Source: an uncultured Acidobacteriota bacterium (lineage in GTDB: Bacteria; Acidobacteriota; UBA6911). From it: a stretch of DNA of 64,000 nucleotides. This document shows positions 33,963-43,695 of the stretch, piece by piece; the first letter of the stretch is position 1; each line of letters begins with the position of its first letter. Location of the stretch: NCBI GenBank assembly GCA_963827655.1, contig CAWHCF010000031.1:64001-128000 (forward strand), given 5' to 3'. The translations under genes were made by a program, and so were the position numbers. The notes under the pieces are model-generated. The model was not told where the DNA came from and made no database searches. It saw only the letters and a program-made list of their open reading frames with translations.

Positions 33963-34733
33963 ATGCTCGAGATCAAAGATTTGCACGCGAGAGTGGACGG
34001 AAACGAGATCTTGCACGGAATCAACCTGAAGGTGGATGCCGGCGAGGTTCACGCCATCATGGGCCCGAACGGCTCGGGTAAAAGCACTCTGGCGAAGGTT
34101 CTTGCGGGGCGCGAGGGATACGAGGTCACCCGGGGGGAGGTCAGGTATGAAGGCAAAGACCTGCTTTCGATGCTTCCGGAGGACCGCGCGCGCGAGGGGA
34201 TTTTCCTTGGCTTTCAATATCCGGTCGAGATTCCCGGCGTCAGCAACATGTACTTCCTGAAGGCGGCGCTCAACGAGATCCGGAAACACCGGGGTCTCGA
34301 AGAGATGGATGCCATGGACTTTCTGGCGCATGCCAGGGAGAAAATGAAGCTCGTCGACATGGATGAGACTCTCATGAACCGCGCTGTGAACGAAGGGTTT
34401 TCCGGGGGCGAGAAGAAGCGCAACGAGGTCTTCCAGATGACGGTGCTGGAGCCCAGGCTGGCGATTCTCGACGAGACCGACTCGGGACTCGATATTGATG
34501 CGCTGAAGACCGTCGCCGCGGGTGTGAACGCATTGCGCCGGGAGGATCGAGCCATCGTGCTGGTCACTCACTACCAGAGACTATTGAACTATATAGTGCC
34601 TGACCAGGTCCATGTTCTGCTCGATGGGCGCATTGTCAAATCAGGGGACCGGGATCTCGCCCTGAAGCTCGAAGAGAAAGGGTACGGCTGGCTCGAGCAG
34701 CAAGTGGCGCATGCCCAGCCGGTGAATTCTTGA
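33963..34733 (+). CDS. sufC: Fe-S cluster assembly ATPase SufC
   Basis: MGPNGSGKST, FQYPVEIPGV, FSGGEKKR, LDETDSGLDIDA, VTHYQRLL. Confidence 0.98.
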   Translation: MLEIKDLHARVDGNEILHGINLKVDAGEVHAIMGPNGSGKSTLAKVLAGREGYEVTRGEVRYEGKDLLSMLPEDRAREGIFLGFQYPVEIPGVSNMYFLKAALNEIRKHRGLEEMDAMDFLAHAREKMKLVDMDETLMNRAVNEGFSGGEKKRNEVFQMTVLEPRLAILDETDSGLDIDALKTVAAGVNALRREDRAIVLVTHYQRLLNYIVPDQVHVLLDGRIVKSGDRDLALKLEEKGYGWLEQQVAHAQPVNS

Positions 34734-34750
34734 AGGGGACTGCGGGCTCA

Positions 34751-36085
34751 ATGATTGAAGTGATGGAGGAAAAAAACAGCTACCTGTCCGACTTCCAGGC
34801 GTTCGAGACTCGCCTGGGTCACGGCGAACCGCACTGGATCCGGAGTCTTCGAAAGGCCGCGATTGTCCGCTTCGCCGAGCTCGGTTTTCCCACGACTCGC
34901 CACGAGGACTGGAAGTACACCAGTGTTGCCCCGATTACCAGGACCGCCTTCAAGCCTGCCGGGTACGAATTGAACGGGTTGGGAGCGAGGAAGCTCCATG
35001 ACATCAGCCCGCTGGGAACACAGGTAAATCAGCTCGTTTTTGTGAACGGACACTTCTCCCCTGAACTTTCGTCGCTGGACCGGCTTCCTGGAAATCTGAA
35101 GGCAGGTAGCCTTGCCGCGGCGCTGGATTCAGATCCCGGCTCTCTCGAGCCCTATCTGGGACGCTACGCCAGTTTCGAGCAGAATGCCTTCACGGCGCTG
35201 AATACGGCATTCATGCGCGATGGGGCTTTCTTGCTGCTTCCCGAAGGGAGCGTCATTCCGGAGCCGATCCATTTACTTTTCGTTTCTACGGCCCGCAGGC
35301 AAGCGACGGTCATCTATCCAAGAAACCTGATCGTTGCGGGTGCGGGCTGCCGGTTGACCGTCGTCGAAAGTTACATCGGCGTCTACAATGACGTCTATTT
35401 CACGAACGCTGTGACCGAGGTTGTGGCCGGTGACGAGTCTGTCGTCGAGCATTACAAGGTGCAGCAAGAGAGCGAAAAGGCATTCCACGTGGGCTGTCTT
35501 CAAGCGCATCCCGGCCGAAGCGGCAACTTTTCTTCTTTCTTTGTCTCGCTTGGCGGCTCCCTGGTCCGGAACGATGTCAATGCGGTACTCGACCGCGAAG
35601 GGATCGAATGCACTCTGAATGGTCTGTACTTGACGAGGGGAAAGCAGCACGTCGACAACCAGACGACCATCGACCACGCCCAGCCTCACTGTAGCAGCCG
35701 CGAACTCTACAAGGGGATACTCGACGGGAAGTCGAGCGGCGTTTTCAACGGTAAGATCGTGGTCCGAAAGGACGCCCAGAAAACCAACGCCAGGCAAACC
35801 AATAAAAATCTGCTTCTCTCCGAGCAGGCGCTGGTCAATACCAAACCTCAGCTGCAGATTTCAGCCGACGACGTGAAATGTACTCATGGAGCTACTATCG
35901 GCCAGCTCGATGATGAGGCGCTGTTCTATATGCGCACCCGCGGGATGGGGGCGGAAACCGCTCGCAGCGTGCTCACATACGCCTTTGCCAGCGAGGTCGT
36001 GGACGGGATCAGAATCGAAGCGCTTCGGTCACATGTCGATGGCGTGCTGCTGCGTCGAGTTCCGAGATCCAAGGAGGGTCTATGA
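34751..36085 (+). CDS. sufD: Fe-S cluster assembly protein SufD
   Basis: FPTTRHEDWKYT, FTALNTAF, GVFNGKI, KPQLQISADDVKCTHGAT, LFYMRTRG. Confidence 0.95.
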   Translation: MIEVMEEKNSYLSDFQAFETRLGHGEPHWIRSLRKAAIVRFAELGFPTTRHEDWKYTSVAPITRTAFKPAGYELNGLGARKLHDISPLGTQVNQLVFVNGHFSPELSSLDRLPGNLKAGSLAAALDSDPGSLEPYLGRYASFEQNAFTALNTAFMRDGAFLLLPEGSVIPEPIHLLFVSTARRQATVIYPRNLIVAGAGCRLTVVESYIGVYNDVYFTNAVTEVVAGDESVVEHYKVQQESEKAFHVGCLQAHPGRSGNFSSFFVSLGGSLVRNDVNAVLDREGIECTLNGLYLTRGKQHVDNQTTIDHAQPHCSSRELYKGILDGKSSGVFNGKIVVRKDAQKTNARQTNKNLLLSEQALVNTKPQLQISADDVKCTHGATIGQLDDEALFYMRTRGMGAETARSVLTYAFASEVVDGIRIEALRSHVDGVLLRRVPRSKEGL

Positions 36086-37353
36086 CGGTTCGTGATGCGC
36101 TAAGTCGGAGCGAAGCGCGGGAAGCCTTCCCGGGTTTTGACGTGCGCGCCATCCGATCTGATTTTCCCATTCTGCAGCAGAAGGTTCATGGGAAACCTCT
36201 GGTCTATCTCGATAATGCCGCCACCAGCCAGAAACCTCAGACAGTGATTGATGCCGTGGTTCACTTTTATACCAGCGAGTGCTCAAATATACACCGCGGC
36301 GTGCACGCGCTCAGCGAGCGCGCCACGAAGGCCTACGAAGAGACGCGCGCCAAGGCCCGGCGGTTCATCAACGCCGCGGAAGAGCGTGAGATCATCTTTG
36401 TCCGGGGAACGACCGAAGGGATTAACCTCGTGGCCCAGAGTTATGGCGCTACCCATATCCAGGCTGGCGATGAAATCATAATCTCCGCAATGGAGCATCA
36501 TTCCAACATCGTTCCCTGGCAAATTCTGGCCGAGCAAAAAGGAGCGGCGCTCCGGGTCGTGCCCATCAATGACAGCGGCGAATTCCTGATGGACGAGTAC
36601 CGGAAGCTGCTCGGACCTCGAACCCGCCTGGTATCCGTCGCGCATGTTTCAAACGCGCTCGGAACCATCAACCCGGTCCGGGAAATCATCGAGCTGGCGC
36701 ACCGGTGGAATGCTCCGGTTGTGATCGACGGCGCTCAGGCCGTGCCCCACATGAGAGTCGACGTGCAGCAACTCGACTGCGACTTCTATGCCTTCTCGAG
36801 CCACAAGATGTACGGTCCGACCGGTACCGGAGTGCTGTACGGGAAGGCGCGCCTGCTTGAAGAAATGCCACCCTATCAGGGGGGTGGGGACATGATCAGC
36901 TCGGTCACGTTCGAGAAGACGATCTATAACAAGCTTCCGCACAAGTTTGAGGCCGGCACGCCGAACATAGCGGACGGCATTGCGTTCGGCGCCGCCATCG
37001 ACTATCTCGAAAGAATCGGTTTGGAAAACATCGCCGCGTACGAGCATGAGCTTCTGGAATACGCGACCCAGGCTCTTACCGCTATTCCCGGGGTTCGGCT
37101 CATAGGGACAGCCCGAGAAAAGGCGAGCGTGGTTTCGTTCGTCCTGGAAGGTGTTCACCCTCACGACATGGGCACCATTCTGGATCAGGATGGGATTGCT
37201 ATCCGCACCGGGCATCATTGCGCCCAGCCGGTAATGGATCGTTTCGGTGTGCCGGCCACCGCGCGCGCCTCGCTTTCGTTCTATAACACCCGCGAGGAGA
37301 TCGACGCTCTGGCGGACGGCGTGCGGAAGGTAAGCGAGGTTTTCAACACATAA
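36082..37353 (+). CDS. sufS: Cysteine desulfurase SufS
   Basis: YLDNAATSQKP, EHHSNIVPW, SSHKMYGPTG, RTGHHCAQP. Confidence 0.97.
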   Translation: MTVRDALSRSEAREAFPGFDVRAIRSDFPILQQKVHGKPLVYLDNAATSQKPQTVIDAVVHFYTSECSNIHRGVHALSERATKAYEETRAKARRFINAAEEREIIFVRGTTEGINLVAQSYGATHIQAGDEIIISAMEHHSNIVPWQILAEQKGAALRVVPINDSGEFLMDEYRKLLGPRTRLVSVAHVSNALGTINPVREIIELAHRWNAPVVIDGAQAVPHMRVDVQQLDCDFYAFSSHKMYGPTGTGVLYGKARLLEEMPPYQGGGDMISSVTFEKTIYNKLPHKFEAGTPNIADGIAFGAAIDYLERIGLENIAAYEHELLEYATQALTAIPGVRLIGTAREKASVVSFVLEGVHPHDMGTILDQDGIAIRTGHHCAQPVMDRFGVPATARASLSFYNTREEIDALADGVRKVSEVFNT

Positions 37354-37391
37354 CCCTGCGGTTGTTTTTCTAGAAGGGTGACTGGGTTCCA

Positions 37392-37832
37392 ATGTCCGAT
37401 CTGCGCGACCTGTACCAGGAGGTCATCCTGGATCACCATAAGAGCCCGCGAAATTTTCGCAAGCTCGAGACAGCCAACAGGCAGGCCGAAGGTTACAATC
37501 CCCTTTGCGGCGACAAGGTAAGCCTCTACCTGGAAGTCGAGAACGGGATTCTTCGAGACATCGGTTTCCAGGGCTCCGGCTGTGCCATCTCTACAGCTTC
37601 GGCTTCAATGATGACCGAGAGCCTTAAAGGGAAATCTCAGGCTGAAGCGGAATCACTCTTTCAGCGCTTTCACGACCTCCTCACCGGAAAAGCCTCTGCA
37701 TCGGGGCTTGGCAAGCTGGCAGTTTTTTCGGGAGTTCGCGAGTTTCCGGTTCGCGTGAAGTGCGCCACACTTGCCTGGCATACGCTGCGCGCTGCGCTGG
37801 AGGGTCGCCAGGACACGATAGCAACGGAATGA
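37392..37832 (+). CDS. sufU: SufU (NifU-like sulfur acceptor)
   Basis: LYQEVILDH, NPLCGD, GCAISTAS, RVKCATLAW. Confidence 0.93.
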   Translation: MSDLRDLYQEVILDHHKSPRNFRKLETANRQAEGYNPLCGDKVSLYLEVENGILRDIGFQGSGCAISTASASMMTESLKGKSQAEAESLFQRFHDLLTGKASASGLGKLAVFSGVREFPVRVKCATLAWHTLRAALEGRQDTIATE

Positions 37833-37836
37833 TTCA

Positions 37837-37920
37837 ATTGCGGATTGCGGATTGCGGATTGCGGATTGAAAACAGGGATTCGCTTACAATCCGCAATCCG
37901 AAATCTGCAATCCGAAATCG
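37837..37920. repeat. Inverted heptamer tandem repeat (ATTGCGG)4 ... (CAATCCG-like)n
   Basis: Four exact ATTGCGG units, an ~18-nt spacer, then CAATCCG-CAATCCG-AAATCTG-CAATCCG-AAATCG, between sufU and sufT. Confidence 0.9.
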
Positions 37921-37931
37921 AAGGAGCGGTT

Positions 37932-38318
37932 ATGGACTCAAATCCCGATCTGATGAAAATCATCGAAGGTAAGGACGACTTGCCCCAGAACGCCTCAGAG
38001 AGCGTTCCACCGGAACAGAATCTCAAGGATATGGTCATCGAAGTGATGCGCACCGTCTACGATCCTGAGATTCCAGTCAACGTCTACGAGCTGGGACTGG
38101 TCTACGGAATCGACGTCGATCCTGCCGGCGTTGTAATCGTGCGCATGACTCTTACCTCGCCCGCCTGCCCGGTTGCAGGCTCGCTACCACCCGAAGTGGA
38201 GAGCAAGGTGCGGACTATTCCGGGTGTGACCGAGGCGAAGGTCGATCTGGTGTGGGACCCGCCCTGGAGTCCGAACCTCATGTCTGAAGCGGCCAAACTC
38301 CAGCTCGGCATTTTCTGA
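37932..38318 (+). CDS. sufT: SufT/DUF59 Fe-S maturation protein
   Basis: VYDPEIPVNVYELGLVY, MTLTSPACPVAG, LVWDPPW...MSEAAKLQLG. AAGGAG RBS. Confidence 0.9.
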   Translation: MDSNPDLMKIIEGKDDLPQNASESVPPEQNLKDMVIEVMRTVYDPEIPVNVYELGLVYGIDVDPAGVVIVRMTLTSPACPVAGSLPPEVESKVRTIPGVTEAKVDLVWDPPWSPNLMSEAAKLQLGIF

Positions 38319-38409
38319 CACTATCGTGTTCCCGTAGTCGCCTTGCATAACAAGAGAAAAAACTTGTTTTCCGGGCAAGATTTTCCACAAGCAGAGAGCA
38401 AAAGCTTCT

Positions 38410-38464
38410 GCCACGGATTACACGAATTTCACAGAGCCAGTTTAGATTTCGTGGAATCCGTGGC
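38410..38464. repeat. Inverted 9-nt-period repeat element, copy 2
   Basis: GCCACGGATTACACGAATTTCACAGA...ATTTCGTGGAATCCGTGGC, homologous to 18509-18566. Confidence 0.8.
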
Positions 38465-38530
38465 GAGTATTTTGGTTGTGGCCAAAGGCCGCTTTGCGTC
38501 CTGGCGCTAAAAAATCGTGAAGGAGGAATC

Positions 38531-39941
38531 ATGACTAAACGATGGGTGCTCTTGCTGCAGCTCACTTTGTTGCTCAATGCTGGTCCCGTATTGGCGCGGC
38601 GCGGATTTCGCGGCACAGGAGAAGCTTCCCATGTCTCAGGTCAAATTCATGACGCTCGACCCCGGACACTTTCACGCAGGCCTGGTTCAAAAGGAGATGT
38701 ATCAGGGAGTGTCGAAACAGGTCCATGTCTACGCGCCTCTCGGATCCGACCTGACGGCCCATCTGAATCGAATCATTGCGTTCAACAACCGGAAGGAGAA
38801 TCCCACCGCCTGGGAGCTTGAGGTGCATACCGGTCCTGATTTCATGGCGCGGATGCTCCACGAGCGGCCCGGAAACGTCGTGGTCATATCGGGGCGCAAT
38901 CGAGGCAAGGTCGATCGGATCAAGGCTTCAGTAGACGCCGGGCTGAACGTGCTGGCCGACAAGCCCTGGATCATCGAGCCCGCCGACCTGCCGAAACTCG
39001 AATCCGCGCTCAACACGGCCGATCAAAAAGGGCTCATCGCTTACGACATCATGACGGAACGCTACGAGATCACCTCAATCTTACAAAAGGAGCTCGTGAG
39101 CGACAGCGCTACTTTCGGGACGGCGCTACCCGGGACGGAAAGCGATCCCGGGGTTTACATGGAATCGGTGCATTACCTCTTCAAGACGGTCGCGGGCTTA
39201 CCTCTCCTGCGCCCTGCCTGGTTCTTCGACGTGAACCAGCAGGGAGAGGGCCTGCCCGACGTGGGAACACACCTGGTCGACCTCGTCCCATGGATGTTGT
39301 TTCCGGAGCAGCCTATCGACCGCAGGGATATCCGTGTTCTCGCGGCCAAAAGGTGGCCGACCGTGATGTCGAAATCCGATTTTCAGAAGGTAACGGGAGA
39401 AACAAGTTTCCCGGACTATCTTCAACTGAACGTGAACGGGGACAAGCTCGAATACTATTGCAACACCCGGGTCTCGTACACTCTCCGGAATCTTCATATC
39501 AAGCTGGATGTCTTGTGGAACTTTGAAACGCCCGCGGGTGGAGGCGATACCCACCTTGCCGTCTTCAGAGGATCTAAATCACGGATCGAGGTGCGACAGG
39601 GAAAAGAACAAAAATATCGTCCCGAACTCTACGTCGTCCCCAACAGCGCCGGAGAAAAGGACTCCCTCCTGGCCGCGCTCAAGAAGAAAGTAGAATCTCT
39701 TGTCAAGACGTATCCCGGAATCGAGGTCAGTGATCTTGGCAAAGAGTTTCAGATTAGTATTCCGGACAAATACCGCGTAGGACATGAAGCCCATTTTGCT
39801 CAGGTGACCAACCGGTTCCTGGAGTATCTGAAGAACCCGAAGGCACTGCCCGGCTGGGAGAAGCCCAACATGATCGCCAAGTACTACGTGACGACCAAGG
39901 GCCTGGAACTCAGCCGTCAAGGAACGACGGCCCAGAAGTAG
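38531..39941 (+). CDS. Exported Gfo/Idh/MocA-like oxidoreductase (putative oxidoreductase C-terminal domain family), frameshift near 38590
   Basis: AGGAGG RBS and signal peptide [15 protein letters not shown] in one frame. [32 protein letters not shown] and GHEAHF in the next. Confidence 0.75.
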
Positions 39942-39983
39942 TCTTCACACTCACCACGAAGACGCGAAGAAACATTCTTTGAG

Positions 39984-41090
39984 ATGATTAAGTTCATTCA
40001 CTGGTTCTTCGGATTTGCGCTTCTCGTCGCGCCGGCTGGTAACGGCGCGGCTCAGAAAAAAACGGCCAATCTCGTCCTGGTCACGCTTGATGGCGCGCGG
40101 AACCAGGAGATCTTTGGTGGTCTCGACCTGGAAATTCTGAGGTCGGTCACGGAAAAAGGACGGGCGGAAGACACGGAGCTTTACAAGAAATACTGGGCGG
40201 CTACGCCACAGGCACGAAGAGAAAAAACCATGCCGTTCTTTTGGGGCACGCTCATGAAGCATCACGGCTCGATTGCGGGCAACCGCGATCTGGGGAGTAC
40301 CGTCCAGCTGACCAACAAACATCGGTTCTCCTACCCCGGATATTCCGAGATTCTCACCGGCCAGGCCCACGACGATGTTATCGATAGCAACGACAAGAAG
40401 CGCAACCCTTATCCCACGGTTCTGGAATTTCTCAAGCGCAAGCTCGGATTGGAGGCCCACAAGGTGGCCGCGTTCACGTCATGGGATACCCTCGATTGGA
40501 TCGTCGAGCACGAAGAAGGCTCCATCAGCTCCAACGCCGGATTTGAACCATACGTTCATCCGCACCCGGTCATACAGGAGCTAAGCAAGCTTCAATTCGA
40601 AACCGTGACGCCCTGGGACAGCGTCCGTCACGATGTCTATACCTTCCGTTTTGCCAAGGCTCATCTGGAAACCTTCAAGCCGCGCATTCTGTACCTTGGA
40701 CTCGGGGAAACGGATGACTGGGCGCACGACCGGCGCTACGACCGGGTCTTGGGGGCTCTGGTCCGCACCGACAATTTCTTGAAGGAACTCTGGGAGTTTC
40801 TGCAATCCCAGGACCAGTACCGCGACAGGACGACCCTTCTGATTACCGTCGATCATGGAAGGGGGAGTACGCCGGCGGATTGGACGAAACACGGGAAGGA
40901 GGTCGAAGAGGCCCAGTACATCTGGCTGGCAGTGGTGAGTCCTGATAGCGACCTCCGCGGGGAATGGACCAACACCCCGACCATCTACCAGAACCAGGTT
41001 GCCGCCACACTCTGTCGTTTTCTTGGTCTGGACTATAGCGAGAACAATCCCCTGGCCGGCAAGCCCATCGCGCGCTTGTTCACCGAGTGA
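39984..41090 (+). CDS. Exported alkaline-phosphatase-superfamily protein
   Basis: Signal peptide, [16 protein letters not shown] (Ser nucleophile region), [16 protein letters not shown]. Confidence 0.85.
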   Translation: MIKFIHWFFGFALLVAPAGNGAAQKKTANLVLVTLDGARNQEIFGGLDLEILRSVTEKGRAEDTELYKKYWAATPQARREKTMPFFWGTLMKHHGSIAGNRDLGSTVQLTNKHRFSYPGYSEILTGQAHDDVIDSNDKKRNPYPTVLEFLKRKLGLEAHKVAAFTSWDTLDWIVEHEEGSISSNAGFEPYVHPHPVIQELSKLQFETVTPWDSVRHDVYTFRFAKAHLETFKPRILYLGLGETDDWAHDRRYDRVLGALVRTDNFLKELWEFLQSQDQYRDRTTLLITVDHGRGSTPADWTKHGKEVEEAQYIWLAVVSPDSDLRGEWTNTPTIYQNQVAATLCRFLGLDYSENNPLAGKPIARLFTE

Positions 41091-41117
41091 CCTGGCCGCG
41101 ACGAGACCCCAGAGGAG

Positions 41118-41915
41118 CTACTTCGCCTGGCGCTCGATCTCTTGTTGCAGTCTCAGCAGAAGATTGTGATTTCTTGAAAAATCGGAGATAAGGGTGGTGC
41201 GCGGCTTGGGTTTGAACTCCAGTCCGAGCGTGCTTCCATATCCGATCTTGTGGAGGGCTGCCAGCGTCCTGGTAAGATCGTCAGCCGTCAATCGACCATC
41301 CAGCAGCGCCCAGTGGCGGTCCTTCTTGCCGTCGTTGTCGTTCATTTGAACGTAGCCCAATCTTTTCCCCGCCGCTTCCGCCAGTTCCCACGGTCTCTCT
41401 TTTGAAATCAGACAGTGTCCGGTGTCCAGGAGCAGATAGAGATTCGGATGGCCGACCTCCTCCACGAAAGCGAGAGTCTCTTTTCCGGACGCGAGGGCCC
41501 GGTCAGGCATGTGCTCGAGGCACAGCTTGATTTCCCGCTCGGCCGCCGCCACTGCCAGTTCGCTGACGGCCTCTCGAAAAGCTTTCAATTGCTTTCGATC
41601 CTTGCAGGGACCGACGTAGCCAATCTTCGCTCCCAGAGTCTGGCTCTTCGCCAGCGTCGCCTTCAAATGGTCCACGGTTTTTCGCAGAGCGCCGTCACCC
41701 TTTGCGTCCCAGGAGCATCCCGCCGGCAGGTTGTGATCGAGTGCGACGCATGACACATTGAGCCCAAGCTCCTTTTGTTTCTGGAGCGCTCCGGGTGCAT
41801 CGAGCGTCGTCGGTTCTACATCAATGTAGTGAAATGCGGTCTGTTTTACCCGCGTTAACGTCCAATCGATCGGGGCGTTCTCGGCCCACACGCACGCTGA
41901 AGGGAACAGAGTCAT
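41118..41915 (-). CDS. Sugar phosphate isomerase/epimerase (xylose-isomerase-like TIM barrel)
   Basis: LCLEHMP, LLLDTGHC, YVQMNDNDG, LGLEF metal-binding pattern. Confidence 0.8.
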   Translation of the reverse strand: MTLFPSACVWAENAPIDWTLTRVKQTAFHYIDVEPTTLDAPGALQKQKELGLNVSCVALDHNLPAGCSWDAKGDGALRKTVDHLKATLAKSQTLGAKIGYVGPCKDRKQLKAFREAVSELAVAAAEREIKLCLEHMPDRALASGKETLAFVEEVGHPNLYLLLDTGHCLISKERPWELAEAAGKRLGYVQMNDNDGKKDRHWALLDGRLTADDLTRTLAALHKIGYGSTLGLEFKPKPRTTLISDFSRNHNLLLRLQQEIERQAK

Positions 41916-42474
41916 ATCAATTGGTCTCTCATCTTTACGTTTTCTGACGCCTCCGTGTTACTCGTAGAGTCTAACATTGAATTGGACCCGGCGAAGCAAG
42001 GTTCGCAAGGACCCTGTTGAACACCCGGATACTCTCATACCGCCGCTCAACGGCCTTCAAAGGTCCTGACTCGCTGTGGCACGGGAGGTGAAATGTATCA
42101 CGACGCGCGTTTGGCCGTCTGGTTTGAAGCGCCACTCGTCTCGTGCCGGCAAAGTGGTCTTCTCATCGGACTGCCAGCGTGCTTTGCAGAAATACCAGGT
42201 GTGCAGGGACGTCTCGCAGAGCGGCGCAGCATGGTAGTATCGGTCAGCTGCACATACTCACCCATGCCGCGGCTTGTCAGCTTGTTCCTCCAGCCTTCCA
42301 CAAGCGTCTGCAGAATCTAATGCTGTTGCGGAGCGAGCGACCTCAGCGGTCTGAGGTCGCAACTTCGTTGGCAGGCGAGCTCTCATCCGCCCTGGGCCAC
42401 CGCCCTCCCCTCCAATGGGAGAGAGCGGATGCTTGGGCCAGTTCATGAGACATCCCGGCGGCCAGGGAACACTT

Positions 42475-43032
42475 CTAAGACTTCTTCTCGGGTGGGTATT
42501 TCTTGAGTAACTTCTCCACGGCCTTGTTGATATTCTTTTCCCTCTTGTCCGGCTTGGCTCTCATATCGAGTGTCTTGGTAGCCGTACCGCGCCAGGCCAA
42601 GGACTTGCTGGCCACGTCGTACAAATCGAGGACCAGTTGGCCGATGTTGATCGTGGAGGTGGTCGCTGTACTCATGCCTCCACCATAACCGCCGTAGCCG
42701 TATCTGCCTCCCCATCCAGGGCCGTACCCCCATCCGGAGTCATAGCTGGTCACCTGCCGTTCCTGGCCTATTGCAAACTGGTAAGTGACCAACACGTCGG
42801 CCTGGCCGGTCGTCTTTGTAAGCCCCTTCGTTGCCAACTGGGCGTCAATGGCCGTTTCAAGCGTCTTCGCGGAGATCGGATCAAGTTCCTCAAGACCTTT
42901 CGTCTGCCCCCACGTGTATGTCTTGAACTTGCTGAAGTCCGTGGTTTTGTCAAAATTGTAGGCAACGTCCTGCGCCACGGCGGACCCGCCTGCTAGCAGG
43001 ACCATGCTGAGTGCCAAACCGAAACTCTTCAT
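42475..43032 (-). CDS. Exported DUF4136-type protein
   Basis: Signal peptide, DFSKFKTYTW, IDAQLATKG, Gly/Tyr-rich loop, GQLVLDLYD...LAWRG, KYPP. Confidence 0.85.
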   Translation of the reverse strand: MKSFGLALSMVLLAGGSAVAQDVAYNFDKTTDFSKFKTYTWGQTKGLEELDPISAKTLETAIDAQLATKGLTKTTGQADVLVTYQFAIGQERQVTSYDSGWGYGPGWGGRYGYGGYGGGMSTATTSTINIGQLVLDLYDVASKSLAWRGTATKTLDMRAKPDKREKNINKAVEKLLKKYPPEKKS

Positions 43033-43695
43033 ACTTGTTCCTCCCTTCCTGTTTGAAGGACATCACGATGTCCATACCGCGCGAGCGACTTCACTCCCAG
43101 ACGGTGGTTTTAGCTGAACATCGACCTTTGAATGACGCCTCAACTACGGACTCAAAGGCGACGGACATTGCCTATTTTACACCAGCTCGTTGTTATCTGC
43201 TAAAACCAAGCGCGGCCTTTTCAAGGTCCCTCCACAAAACCCAACTGACTCGAGCCGACACGTTTTCCTGGAGAGCCCGCAGGCATGACCGGTTGTACCG
43301 TCACACCTGAGAATCACAATTCGCCCAACGGATTGATAGCTTAACATCAGAGTTTCGTCAGAAAAACTGCCAACTGTGGCAGGTTTCTCAGTCAGCAATC
43401 CTCTCACGAAACGGCCTGCCGGGTTCGCCAAAACGCCGGCACTCGAAAAACGGTCTCGCGTGCCCAGATCCAGAGACCCGAACAGGGCCGCACAATTGAG
43501 TACTCGAGCAGATCCAGAACCTGATTGCCGACAGCTGATAAATCAGCAGGGTCCTGGCGTCCCGGATGATAGTATGGATCCGCGCCGGCGGTCTGCCCGC
43601 GTGCCGTAGAAGTCAGTCGCCGTATACTCTTTTTCGCACTGACAGTTACCGGGGCGTCTACGGAATGCCCAGTCATTCGGCGAGGAGATAACCGC

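Noticed and set aside
33000-34571. 523-aa minus-strand ORF, and similar long antisense ORFs (4902..5897, 8565..9539, 28044..29102, 48575..49831, 57676..58776)
   Set aside because: Shadow frames opposite well-supported genes in GC-rich DNA, with no recognisable motifs.
37837-37920. Tandem repeats as a CRISPR array
   Set aside because: Units are 7 nt with no unique spacers between them. No 25-45 nt repeat-spacer array or cas gene appears anywhere in the window.
37845-37931. N-terminal extension of SufT (RIADCGL...QSAIRN), and similar extensions of folP, the ThrC-like gene and CRTAC1
   Set aside because: These are translations of intergenic repeats; better starts lie downstream.
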